From Zygnema circumcarinatum SAG 698-1b (lineage: Eukaryota > Plantae > Zygnematophyceae): a DNA stretch of 64,000 nucleotides. Each line of letters begins with the position of its first letter. The stretch's first letter is position 1. Location: positions 1,178,001-1,242,000 of the forward strand of contig CM074812.1 of assembly GCA_037447605.1 (NCBI GenBank). Reading direction: 5' to 3'. The notes beneath the pieces were generated by a model. It searched no databases and was not told the DNA's origin. It saw only the letters and a list, made by a program, of their open reading frames with translations. A program made the position numbers and the translations under genes. Positions 46,901 to 64,000 of the stretch are shown here, in pieces.

Positions 46901-49068
46901 TGCTCGACCTTTCGTGGTCGAAGCAGAAGCCGTATGTGCGTGACCAGCCCTTAAAGGAATTCCGTTCTCTGCGTTTTGCCGTTTAATCTGAATTCCTTAA
47001 GGGGCTCCTGCGTTTATACGCTTGCTGATGCCGTCGCTTAGAGCCTTATTCTGACAGTGAGCAACCTCTCCATGCAGAAGTTCGTGCTATCAGCATCATC
47101 AGATAAGACAGTTCGCTTGTGGCATGTCGATGAGGATGCCTGTTTACGTGTTTTCAGGCATAGTGACTGGGGTGAGTTTATCTGGACGCTGGAAAAACAA
47201 GCCATCATGAACTCTGGGGACTACTGACAGTGTTTTGAATGTGTTTCTATCTCGCATACACCCTGCAAGTGTTGCCTGAAGCTTTCCCCTTTCAGTAGTG
47301 TTCAACTCGTACCCAATGCAAAAGAGCTGCCCAGGTTCACATGAAGCCATTAACTAAGTAATCTACTCAAGTGAGCGTGTTGTATGGCGGTTTGCAGTCA
47401 CTTGTGTGGACTTCAGCCCGAAAGATAAGCGTCTCTTTGTAAGTGGCTCCTTGGATCGGAAAGTGCGACTATGGAGCATGGCTGCAGAGGAGCATGCTGT
47501 CCAAGATTGGACCGATCTGAGGGAATGGATTACGGCAGTGACCTTCAGTTCTGACGGTCAGGTACAGACGAAAGCAGCGAACAATCTGTAGGCTTTGATT
47601 TTGGGAGAACCCACCTAATTGGTAATGACATTGTGGCAAGAATGGTCTTTCACGATTACCAGCAATGCGAGTAACCAAACCAGGACCAAGATAATACTGA
47701 GTCCTCCAGTGTTCGCCGTCTTAAAAAAACGGAAATCTGATACTGCTTTGCTGTGCATGGTTTGGAATTTGGGCTGCCAGAGTGTTGTCGTTGGCTCGCA
47801 TAAAGGCTCGTGCCGCTACTATGGCCTTTCGGGTGAGTGCTTGGTTTTAAGATCCCTTAATGCCTTAGAACTTCTTTGCCAAAAGCTGCTGCTGCTGCTC
47901 TGGGTATTGAGTCGGATAAAAGGAGAAGAAAGAAGAAACTAAAAAGTGAAACGAAAAACTCAAAGAATCAAGGACATAGAGTGAGAGTGCTGCTGAAGGA
48001 AAGTCTGGGGGGTGCCCTCCATTGCAGATCGCAAGTTGAGGTTGCAGGACACCGTGGAGGTGAAGAGTGGGAGGGGGAAAGCGAGTGTGGGGGGGAAACG
48101 CATCACAAGGCTTCAGGTGAAGCTCGCCCTGCCAATGTATCTAATTAGAGAGAACATTAGTGGCATCAAACAGGGCTGGGGTATATCTATGCGCCGAGTC
48201 GGAACATGTAAAGCCTCCGCTGAGCAAAAACTGGCAGTCCTAGGCAGGGAGGAAATGCTGGTATCTCGACTACTAGGAGTTCGTGTTTTGTCCATTTTTT
48301 GACAGAGCTTGCAGATGAAATTGGTTGAGTGCCGGAGTTTCTCATTTTGCCGTTCTCTTTGTCAGATTGTTCTGTTCTTGATGGACCTACAGCTTCCTTC
48401 CTTTCTTGTCCTCACCGTAACTCTTGCTGTGCAGAGCTTTCCCGGAACGGCAAGAGTCCTGGTCACATCCAACGATTCGCGCATCCGAGTCTACCACAAA
48501 AAGCAGCTTCTCTGCAAATACAAAGGTACTGTGGGTCCCACTCCTGGACGAAAGGCTGCCTGTTTTGAAGACATCTCTATCCGAAGAACTTCGCAGTCTC
48601 ACACACATGTACCGTGAAATGCACGCCCCTGTCATCCCTGCAGGCTACAAAAACGCAGAGGGTCAAATGGCAGCCTCCTTCAGCAGCAGCGGCAGCTACA
48701 TAGTCTGCGCAAGCGAAGACTCGCATGTCTATGTATGGAGCACAGTCCCGGCCATTGTGCCCACCATGTACACGACCTACCGGAAAGACAAGTCCAATTC
48801 ATACGAGTATTTTCCTTCTGAAAATGCCATTGTGGCTGTGTTTTGGCCGGGACTCTCTCAGCAGCAGCAGGTCTCTCCAGGAGAGCTGAATGCTTCAGAT
48901 GAGTCGAATACTACCTCTGAAGCGGAGAGTGGGCCTGGAGAAAGCTCGAGAGCTTTTCCAGGGAAGCAAGAAGGAGACGCAAGTCTTGAAGGGGCAGTCA
49001 TTGTGACTGGAAGCCGTGAAGGGGAGATTAGGGCCTACCAGAATTTTGGGGCTAAAATTTCCGTCTAG
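43962..49068 (+). CDS. WD40-repeat protein, WDR44-like (8 exons)
   Basis: N-terminal EEEFFEA and EPGSIQERR..L..M; IKDLDTGREF; QEIAGHEGYICALKFSWDGRFLASAGQDKVVKVW; GHDEEVLDLSWS; SSDKTVRLW; SGSLDRKVRLW; LVTSNDSRIRVY; ASFSSSGSYIVCASEDSHVYVW; IRAYQNFG. Confidence 0.9.
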
Positions 49069-49987
49069 AAGAGCTCTGAATTCGCTTGGAATAAGAGGGG
49101 CAATGGGGCGGGTGTTGAATATGTGCTTTAAGGGTTTTGAACATACGTTGAGGAGAGTTCTCAGGAAGAGGGCGATGTGCTCTGAAGTGAGCGATATTCA
49201 TTTATTTCTTAAGATAGGATACGATGCAGCTTCTGTTATCTACAAAGTTATTGGCAATGTAACACCTTATTCTTGCGCGATTGGTAGTCTGTTTGGTGTG
49301 TGCGCTTGTGCTTGATGATGCATTGAGGGGTGGCAGTGACTGAGCCTGCTGGAGTCAGTTGAGCTCACTTGCATGATGTATTCTTAAAAGGGTGAGCCAT
49401 GCTTTCCCAGCCTCCCAGGCCCACCATAGTGGGCCCATGAAGCTCCCTCATTAGGTAACAGGTCAATGGAATGCTGTCAGGAATGCAGTCACAACACATA
49501 GAACGCCTCAAGGAATTGCCTCCCTCAGAAGATTAGAACATTAGTTGTACCATATAGAAATATATTGACCACCGACGACCACTATCAGCTACTGTTTGGT
49601 ATACGGTCCATTGTGAGACCAATACCAAATGCAGTCCCACACACGGTTTCGTACACACTGTACAAAAATGTACTTTTCAAATCCGTACGGACGGGACCGC
49701 CAGCGCGGTTGCACTGAGGGGCGGTCGTCGTTTGTCAAAGCGTTGACGTTGCGCACCGCGGCACTCTTTAGAAACAGTATCGCGCAGGCATGTTGTGTGG
49801 GGAGGATGGTGAACTAGGAAGTAGAAACTCCAAAGAAGGTATTGAATTCACATTCTTCGGAAAACTATTCTGTACCCGTGAGGGAGGGAGAAGGGAGAGG
49901 GTCGGAGGGAGGGAGAGGAGAGGGAGAGAGAGGGAGCGAGGGAGGGAGAGAGAAAGGGACAGGGGGAGGGGAGGGGAGCGCGGGGCA

Positions 49988-52900
49988 ATGAGAGACGAGG
50001 CGAGGGACCGGCTGGTGGGGCGCGCCACGCTCGCACGTGTGGTGGTGCTCGCCGCGTTCTCTAGCGCGCTGCTGGTCGCGCTTTGGGGAGTGAACAGGTA
50101 TGCAGATGCCGAGGGAGGCGGGGTTCAGGGCAGAGGAGGAGGGGAGGGGGTAAGGGAAGAGCTGGCAGGAGGGCTTCAAGGGTTCAGGGGGGAGTCTGAC
50201 CCGTTCCCGCAGGGCAATGCGGAGGAGAGTTGGGATAGCAGTGCTGGTAGGGGGATGGGGGGGGGGAAGGGAAGGGGGGAGGGGGCGGAGGGGGCGGAGG
50301 GAGGGGAGGGGAGGGAGGAGGGAGGGGGGGAGGGGGCGGAGGGAGGGGGAGAGGGGGCGGAGGGAGGGGAGGGGAGGGAGGAGGGAGGGGGGGGAGGGTG
50401 CGGAGGGAGGGGAAGGGAGGGAGAAGGGAGGGAGGGAGGGGGGGAGTGGAGTTTGGAGGGAGAAAGGAGGCCCGGAGGGGGCAGATGGAGATGGGGTTGG
50501 GTTGGAGCAAGAAGTAGGGAAGGAGGGAGGTGGAGGGAGGGAAGGTGGGGGTGGGGGAGAGGAGGGAGGGAGGCAGGAGGACGAAGGGGGAAAGAAGGAG
50601 GAAGGGGAGAGAGGGAGAGTGGGAGGGAAAGAGGAGGAACTGGGGAAGGAGGAGGAGGCAGAGAATGAGGAGAGCGGGGGAGGTACTGAGACGAAAGAAG
50701 TTGGGAAGGGGGCTGGAAGTGGAGGGAAAACCGGGTCGGAGCGTTATAATTCGGGGAGGTGGCAAGGTAAGAGTAGTGGGCGTGGGGGTGATGGACTGGG
50801 TGAAGAAGGGAGAGGTCGTGATGAGAACCAAGAAAATGGGGATTGGGAGGGGAAGGTTGAGAGCACAGAGGAGCGAGCACAACAGAAGGGAGGGAAGAGG
50901 GGAGGTGGGAGTGAGAGGAGGAGAGAGGGCGCAGAAGATGAGGACTGGCGGAGGTGGGAGGCCGGGACAGGTGAGAGAGCGCAAGATGAAGTAGGGAGGG
51001 AGAGTTTCGATACACAGAGAGGGGCTTCTGAAAAGTGGCGTGGTAGGATGGAGGATAGAGGAGAAAGCGACTACCCATATACGGAAGAGGAGGGTCGGAA
51101 AGACGGAGAGCGGCAAAGGTGGGAAGGTGGGGCGAGTGAGAGAGAGCATGATGAGGTAGGTAGGGAGAGCTTGGGTAGAACGAGGAGAAATTCTGCAGGC
51201 GGGAGGGGTAGGATGGAAGATAGAGGGGAGAGCGACTACCCCTATCAAGATGATGAAGGGCGGAATCCCACTGAGGAAGTAGGAATGCGAACGGGTTCAT
51301 GGGGAAACAGAGGGCGGGGGGGTAGTGGATGGAGAAATGAAGACTATACAGAGAGAGAGGAGGGAGCACAAGAGGAAGGTGAGGTAAGGATGCGGCAGAG
51401 AGGAGCGCAGGATCGATCGAGAAAAGAATTATGGAGACCTGCAGAAGCAGAGGAGACGGCAAACCATAAAAATAGAAAGGTAGCTTCAGGAAGATTTTAT
51501 AGGAATTCTCGATGGGATGATCCGGAGCAAACAGAGGCGGATGGGGAAGAAAGGTATAAAGAGGGCGGGTATGGGAGGAGGTCGTGGGGAGGTCGGCGAA
51601 AGCCGGAGCAGGAGGAGAGAGGACAAGATATGGGGTACGGTTCTTTTGTTGAGAGAAGTAAGCATAGCAGAAATGGAGAGGACGAGAAGTTTTATGCGAA
51701 GGAGCAGTGGCCTGAAAAAAGATATTCGAAGTCTACGGAAAGGGAATCTAGTGCTGCTGAAGAAGCAGACGAGGTGCTGGGAGATAGGTATAAGAGCAAA
51801 GGGTGGGGGAGGGAGAACGCTAAAGATGAGTGGGAAGATGAAAGAGACCAAGGTGGGAGGCATGCGAGTAGGAGCTGGAAAAGCGGGTATGTGAGGGAGA
51901 GGCCGAGGGAGGATGAACCTGCGGCTGAGGAGGAAGTACAGGGGGGTAGTGATAGGAATCTTGGTAGGAGAGAGAGAGGGTCGATCCATCAAGGCGACGT
52001 TGCAGAGGAGGCCGAGTCGGAAAGTCTGCACGGCAGGAAACATGGCAGCAAGGGGGTGGGGACTTGGCATGAGATTGGAGAGGCTGTTGTGGAACGGGGT
52101 CAAAGGGGAAGTCCTGAGAGCAAAGGCTGGAGGAGGGTGGAAGCAGATGGTAGTGGGAAAGGGGTAGAGGATGTAGACGGAGGTTCAGATGAAAGACATG
52201 CGAATGGGAGCTGGAAGGGACAGGAGACTAAGGAGCATGAGGAAAGCAAGAACACTTCGGAAGGAGAAAGAGGGAGGGGTGAAAATGTTGAGAGTGAGGG
52301 CTGGAAAAGCCAGGAGGGAGAGAATAAAACTGAAGCTCTACCCTCCTCCCATTCCTCCTCCTCTCCAGCCAATGAGAGCTCTACTGAAGAGTCAGAAGTT
52401 CCCAGCAAAAGTGAGCAAGAAGAGTCCCTGGTGAACTCGAAGGATAGAATTGGGGGAGGAGGATCAAATGAGGGTCTGAATCAAACGAAGTCAGAGGTAA
52501 GTGGCAACCAAGAAGGAAGCGTGCAGGCCGAGAATGGAGTGAATGGAGAGAAGGGAGAGATGGAAGGGAAGGGAGAACCAGGAGATAAGGGAGAGACGGT
52601 AGAGGAAGGGGAGACGGAAGGGAGGGGAGAGACGGAAGGGACGGGAAAGTTAGAACATAACGAAAAGGAGGACTCACCCGGGTTGCAAGAAAAGAGTAAT
52701 GCTACTGAAGCAGCAGCTGAGCAGCAGAGGGAAAGGGAGCTACCTTCGACGCAGTTAATAGTGCGGGAAAAAGGAGATGTGGGGAGCTCACCCACGGGCG
52801 CATGGATATTGGGGAAAGGCTATCGCTATTGGCTGGATGTCCGCTTGGCACGCTCTCTTGCAGTGTTTTTTGCAGGCAAGACTGTATTGGACCTTGGAGC

Positions 52901-53881
52901 GGGAACTGGCCACTATTCCAAAATCATTGCAGGTGTGATGCTGACCCTTCTTTTCTCCTTCCCTTTGAAGGTTTGCATTAGTTCAGCACTTCGTCTCTGC
53001 ATTTGTTGAATAGGAACTGATGCTGTTTTGTAGCAGAGAAGGGGTTCAAACTTCGGGAAAAGGCAGAGGAGACACATGCAAGAGAGCGGCTCTGTGATTC
53101 GTTACAATCGTTTTACTTATCCACAGGAAATCTCAAAAAAGGTGAAATTGGAGTCAGACATCAAAAAGTCCTTGTTTCCCGTTTTTTTTGGCAGAAAAAG
53201 CGAAGCAGGTGGATCCCTACGATGGGGTTTCCAATATTGCCAATTTGACAAACGGTTACGTTAAGCACATCGACTTAACCGAACCGCAAGAACTCGGAGT
53301 GCACGACTGGGTACTCTGTCTCGAGGTACTCTCGCTAATTCTCTCCATAACAAACCATAAACCTTGATCTCCTTAACTCTCTAAGCATCGCAACCACAAA
53401 TTCCTCTTATTTACATTCAAAGAGTAATCAGGTGAATCTTTTCTTGGCTTGGGCTGGTGGGAACAACCAGGTGGGCTCCCATATTCCGCCAAAGTACGAG
53501 GCTCCCTTTCTCGCCAACATTCACAAGTGAGGCCAATTAATCTACCAAAACTCCACAGATTCAATGCATCTAGCTGTCGGACTAGGTTCGATGAATCTAT
53601 GAGGCTGGCTGGTTCGCTGCTTTTGCGGATGACAGGGTGGCTAAGACGGGTCTCTGTTTTGGGTTTGTTTATTGGCCAGCCACAACAAGGAAGGAGTGGT
53701 GATCAGCTGGGCAGTGGACGGTCAGAAAGGGAAGCATCAATATAACACACACAGCAATACGTTTGTGAAAGAATTGATGGCTGCGTTGGGATACAAAAAC
53801 GACGTGGAAACGGAACAGCGATTACGTCGTCATGCTGTCCTGAAATGGTTCAAGAAAACTCTTATGGTGTTCCGGAAGTAG
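49988..53881 (+). CDS. Type II membrane protein with a ~870-aa E/G/R-rich stem and C-terminal class I SAM-dependent methyltransferase (exons 49988-50097, 50213-52932, 53195-53325, 53471-53526, 53680-53881)
   Basis: TM VVVLAAFSSALLVALWGV. The intron 50098-50212 (GTATGC..CTGAC..CGCAG) joins it in frame to the 930-aa ORF. Motif I VLDLGAGTGHY, then PYDG, IDLT, DWVLCLEVGSHIP, FLANI, GVVISWAVDGQKG, LMVFRK*. Confidence 0.8.
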
Positions 53882-54282
53882 ACTCGGCCGGCCGTCCAAG
53901 TAGAGCAGAGGCAGATAAAGTTTGCCTTTCGAGAGCTTGAAGGGGAAATTTTGAGGTCGAGGAAATCTATTTGTGGCACTGGCAAGCACAAGCTTGTTTT
54001 GTTGTATGGCTTAGTTCGGAGAACAGAGTGCACGTTATGAGGTAGAGACGAAGTTTGCACCTTGTTGTATACTAGAGGGTTATGGCAGGGGATATAGCTC
54101 TGCAAAAGGTGGTAGTTTCTGGTAAATTCCTTCCATATTTTTTAATTCTTTATTGGCTTTTTATCAGTCATCTGACTTATCTCTTGTATTTGTGTCAGCT
54201 CGCTCCTCACATCGGCGACCTTTGCGGCTACTTCTAGGGAGGGCTGCTTTGTTGAGCCTAGGGGTCGATTTCCAAGCATAGC

Positions 54283-54392
54283 TTTTTTCTTTTTTGTCCT
54301 TAGGTCTTTTGTGCCCATTCCTCGTGGTTCCCGATGATGCTGATGTTGGCCGTGTACATTTGATGGCATCATCGCCATCGTGAGATCAACGC
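54283..54392 (+). mobile_element. Solo arm of the 22701-22966 foldback family
   Basis: TAGGTC..GCCCATTCCTCGTGGTTCCC..GTACATTTGATGGCATCATCGCCATCGTGAGATCAA is the reverse complement of the left arm at 22701-22810. Confidence 0.8.
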
Positions 54393-54989
54393 AACATCAT
54401 CATTCGATTACGCGTTCCTACCTCATTCTTTCTATGCACAATATTGTCGAAAGTTGAAAAAAAATATTTCCTATGTGTCCATACAAACTGGGTTATTTAA
54501 GCTAAACTTATTCTAGAGATTTGGGCCCTTGCTAGACAGCCAGTATTCTTTCTGTGCTACATGCAGGCCCGGCCATAGCTCCCTCCCCCACAGCTTTCAA
54601 AGAGCCAATGCCCAGAGCACTCTCAAACCACGTCCTAACCACTTTTCCTGTCAATTCCGAGGGCGCGTCCTACACTGACTGCCTACGAGAGGTTGTTCAG
54701 AAGACGGGAGAAAGCTCCTACGTAGAAGATGCCAACAATGGAGCCTGGCGATAAGGCTGAACTAAGGCCGCAAAACTGACTTCACGCCGTTTTAACGTGG
54801 AAAACCTGCAAGGCCGTTCTGTACAGAGAGGCGCTTTTCTCGTTCCCTAAAGAAAGAATGTACTCAAGCTCAAACTTAAGCTCAAGCTCATGCCCAAAAA
54901 GACTGTGAATGTTTCCGCGCCTCTGCATTGACTAGCCCTTTCTTATTATCTCCCGTGATTCTCACTCGGAGCCTTATGTCAGTCATAAG

Positions 54990-62263
<7,274 letters not shown>

Positions 62264-62386
62264 GCATGCGCTCAGGCAGCCGCAGGGCTGCCCTCCCTCC
62301 CTCCCTCCCTCTCCCTCCCTCTCTCTGCTCAAAGCCCCTCTATTTGGACCGCCCTGCCTTCCTGCAACTCTCCCTGCAGGACCCTC

Positions 62387-62440
62387 GCCCTACCCCTACC
62401 CCTAACCCTAACCCAATCCTAAGCCCTAGCCCTAGCCTTA
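62387..62440 (-). promoter_or_regulatory. Degenerate telomere-like/telo-box tract in the TPS1 5' region
   Basis: CCCTACCCCTACCCCTAACCCTAACCCAATCCTAAGCCCTAGCCCTAG. Confidence 0.55.
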
Positions 62441-63696
62441 GAGGGAGCTGCAGGCCTCTAGAGCGCCATGCCGAGCTCGCCCCTCCATGGCTGCTTGCAT
62501 GCAGAGAGAGAGGGTGAAGCTTGGCAGGGGCGGGCCAAGGAGAGGGGGAAGGCGCCCTGCTCGGTCCACCCCCTTGAGCGATATGGGCACCATCTGGGCG
62601 CAACTTACACACCCTATCCAGAGGCGGGCGCAAGCGTGACAGGGATAGGCGCACGCACAAAACGGTACGAGTGAATACGGAAATGTACGAATGAGCTAGG
62701 GCCTATGGCAGATCAAAATAGTGATTTGTCGGACCGAATCTTGGATCGGCCAATGGGAAGATAGGCGTCCTCATTGGGCCACGTGGCAGGAAAAAGATTC
62801 TGTATACGGCAGAATATCGCGATCCGAGGGAAAATTTCAACGAAGTGAGCGAAGCTAAAAAAAATATCATGTTTGACGAAAATAATAGCTGGAGAGAAAC
62901 AAGTTTGAGTTTATCACGGACTGCGATTGGATGAGGGAAGTCGATTTCGCGCCGGTCAGCTCGCTCGCTACTTCAAAAAAATAAACATTTGAACGGAAAA
63001 TAAATCGCTTGTCTTGGGGCAGCTTCCAGGCAAGTGTGGCCGCATCTGGTGACGTCATCCAGGAATATCTGTTCCGTAGACAGGAATGATTGCTTCGTAC
63101 AGAGAGTCTCTTCATGACGACAAATCTGAGATTCAGAAAACTCAGCATAACTTGATGGCGGCCTCTGATTAGTTCATTAAAGATTCGGTCACCAATATTC
63201 AAGATCTAGTCGCTTGCTATGATTAAGGAAGTCCTTAATCCCCTGACCGAATCTAGGAAAGGATCTGCGACCAGGAAAATGGACAGAAGAAAACGAACTT
63301 TTTTCACGTAAAACAATCAAAACGAGTACTCCATCCATAATAGTACTCCTTCTATAATATTACCAGAGTATCTTCCAGTTCGATTTCAGCAAGTCTGACA
63401 GGCCGCTAAGGGCACAAGCACCTCAAAAATGTAACGAATCACGTGTCGCCACGTGAATTTATCCATGTACAACTGATTTGAACACAATCTACACTGGATT
63501 CTCTTGCAAGTCATCTCGGCCCCTGATTGGTGGATGTTAGATTCACACGTATCTCACTTTTGGTCCGTTCGCCAAGATTCTCCTATAGTCTCCGTACAGT
63601 CCCCCCCCGGCCTCCCTACGGGGGGCCTTCTTCCTGGCCCCGACCTCCGCTCCTCTCCGAGGTCCTCCCTCTCCGCCATGGCTCAGCCTGCCCGCC

Positions 63697-64000
63697 ATGG
63701 CGGCGCCCGCCCGCCGCCTGCGCCACGTGTCTGCCTGTAGAGCCTCCAGCCTGCCGCCTTCCCGCCCGCCCGCCCGTATCCCCGGGCGAAAGGCGGGTCG
63801 AGTGGCGGACGCGGCCATGGCCGGCGAGGCGCGGCTGAACGCGTTCCCGGCAGCCGCCGCCGGCAGCTCCAACTGCTTAGCGGCTATGAGGGCTCTGTCA
63901 CCGCCTAGGGCTGACATGGCAGGTGAGGATGCAGATCTGTACGGAGAGGACGCCGTGGTGGCGCAGTATCGAGCTTGGACGGTGCGCTCCTAGACCTCCC
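63697..64000 (+). CDS. 5' end of a gene, possibly NADP-dependent malic enzyme (3'-partial)
   Basis: GCCATGG start, Ala/Arg/Ser/Pro-rich presequence-like N-terminus, then DLYGEDAVVAQYRAWT followed by a GT donor at ~63982. This resembles the recalled plant NADP-ME N-terminal D-x-YGED...PWT motif. No catalytic region lies in the window. Confidence 0.4.

Noticed and set aside
50090-50460. Programmed or assembly frameshift between the TM ORF (49790-50668) and the 930-aa ORF
   Set aside because: A canonical intron at 50098-50212 with a CTGAC branch point restores the frame. Homopolymer errors in the G-rich tract cannot be excluded but are not needed.
50176-51462. Antisense Pro/Ser-rich extensin-like ORFs
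   Set aside because: They are the mirror of the purine-rich sense exon, with no signal peptide or independent gene signals.

Overview
Eukaryotic nuclear DNA with GT-AG introns, CTGAC-type branch points and CT/GA microsatellites. Plastid-related genes plus a class I TCP gene with introns point to a streptophyte, probably a phragmoplastophyte alga such as a zygnematophyte (inference). Genes reconstructed by hand, in order: 3' end of an eIF4G-like MIF4G gene; GT92/DUF23 glycosyltransferase; two possible gene starts running into a 10-N gap; divergent GT61/DUF563 glycosyltransferase with an intronic (TTAGGG)22; Tic20-V; a possible small two-exon ORF; SKP1 divergent from PRP4 kinase; P-type PPR; class I TCP; WDR44-like WD40; a membrane-anchored SAM methyltransferase with a very long charged stem; class I TPS (TPS1); and the 5' end of a possible NADP-malic enzyme. 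Mobile DNA: a 946-bp Mutator-like MITE carrying two CCAAT-N9-CCACG elements, a second ~266-bp foldback family with copies near several genes, a CGATAT-rich hAT-like relic and a possible decayed LINE. The most notable signals are dense G-box/ABRE and ERSE-like arrays, a shared Met-Ala-Leu-stop uORF motif in two unrelated leaders, and three type-II membrane glycan-type enzymes, two with altered motifs. Exon boundaries are manual and unverified by transcripts; family calls rest on recalled motifs, not database searches.
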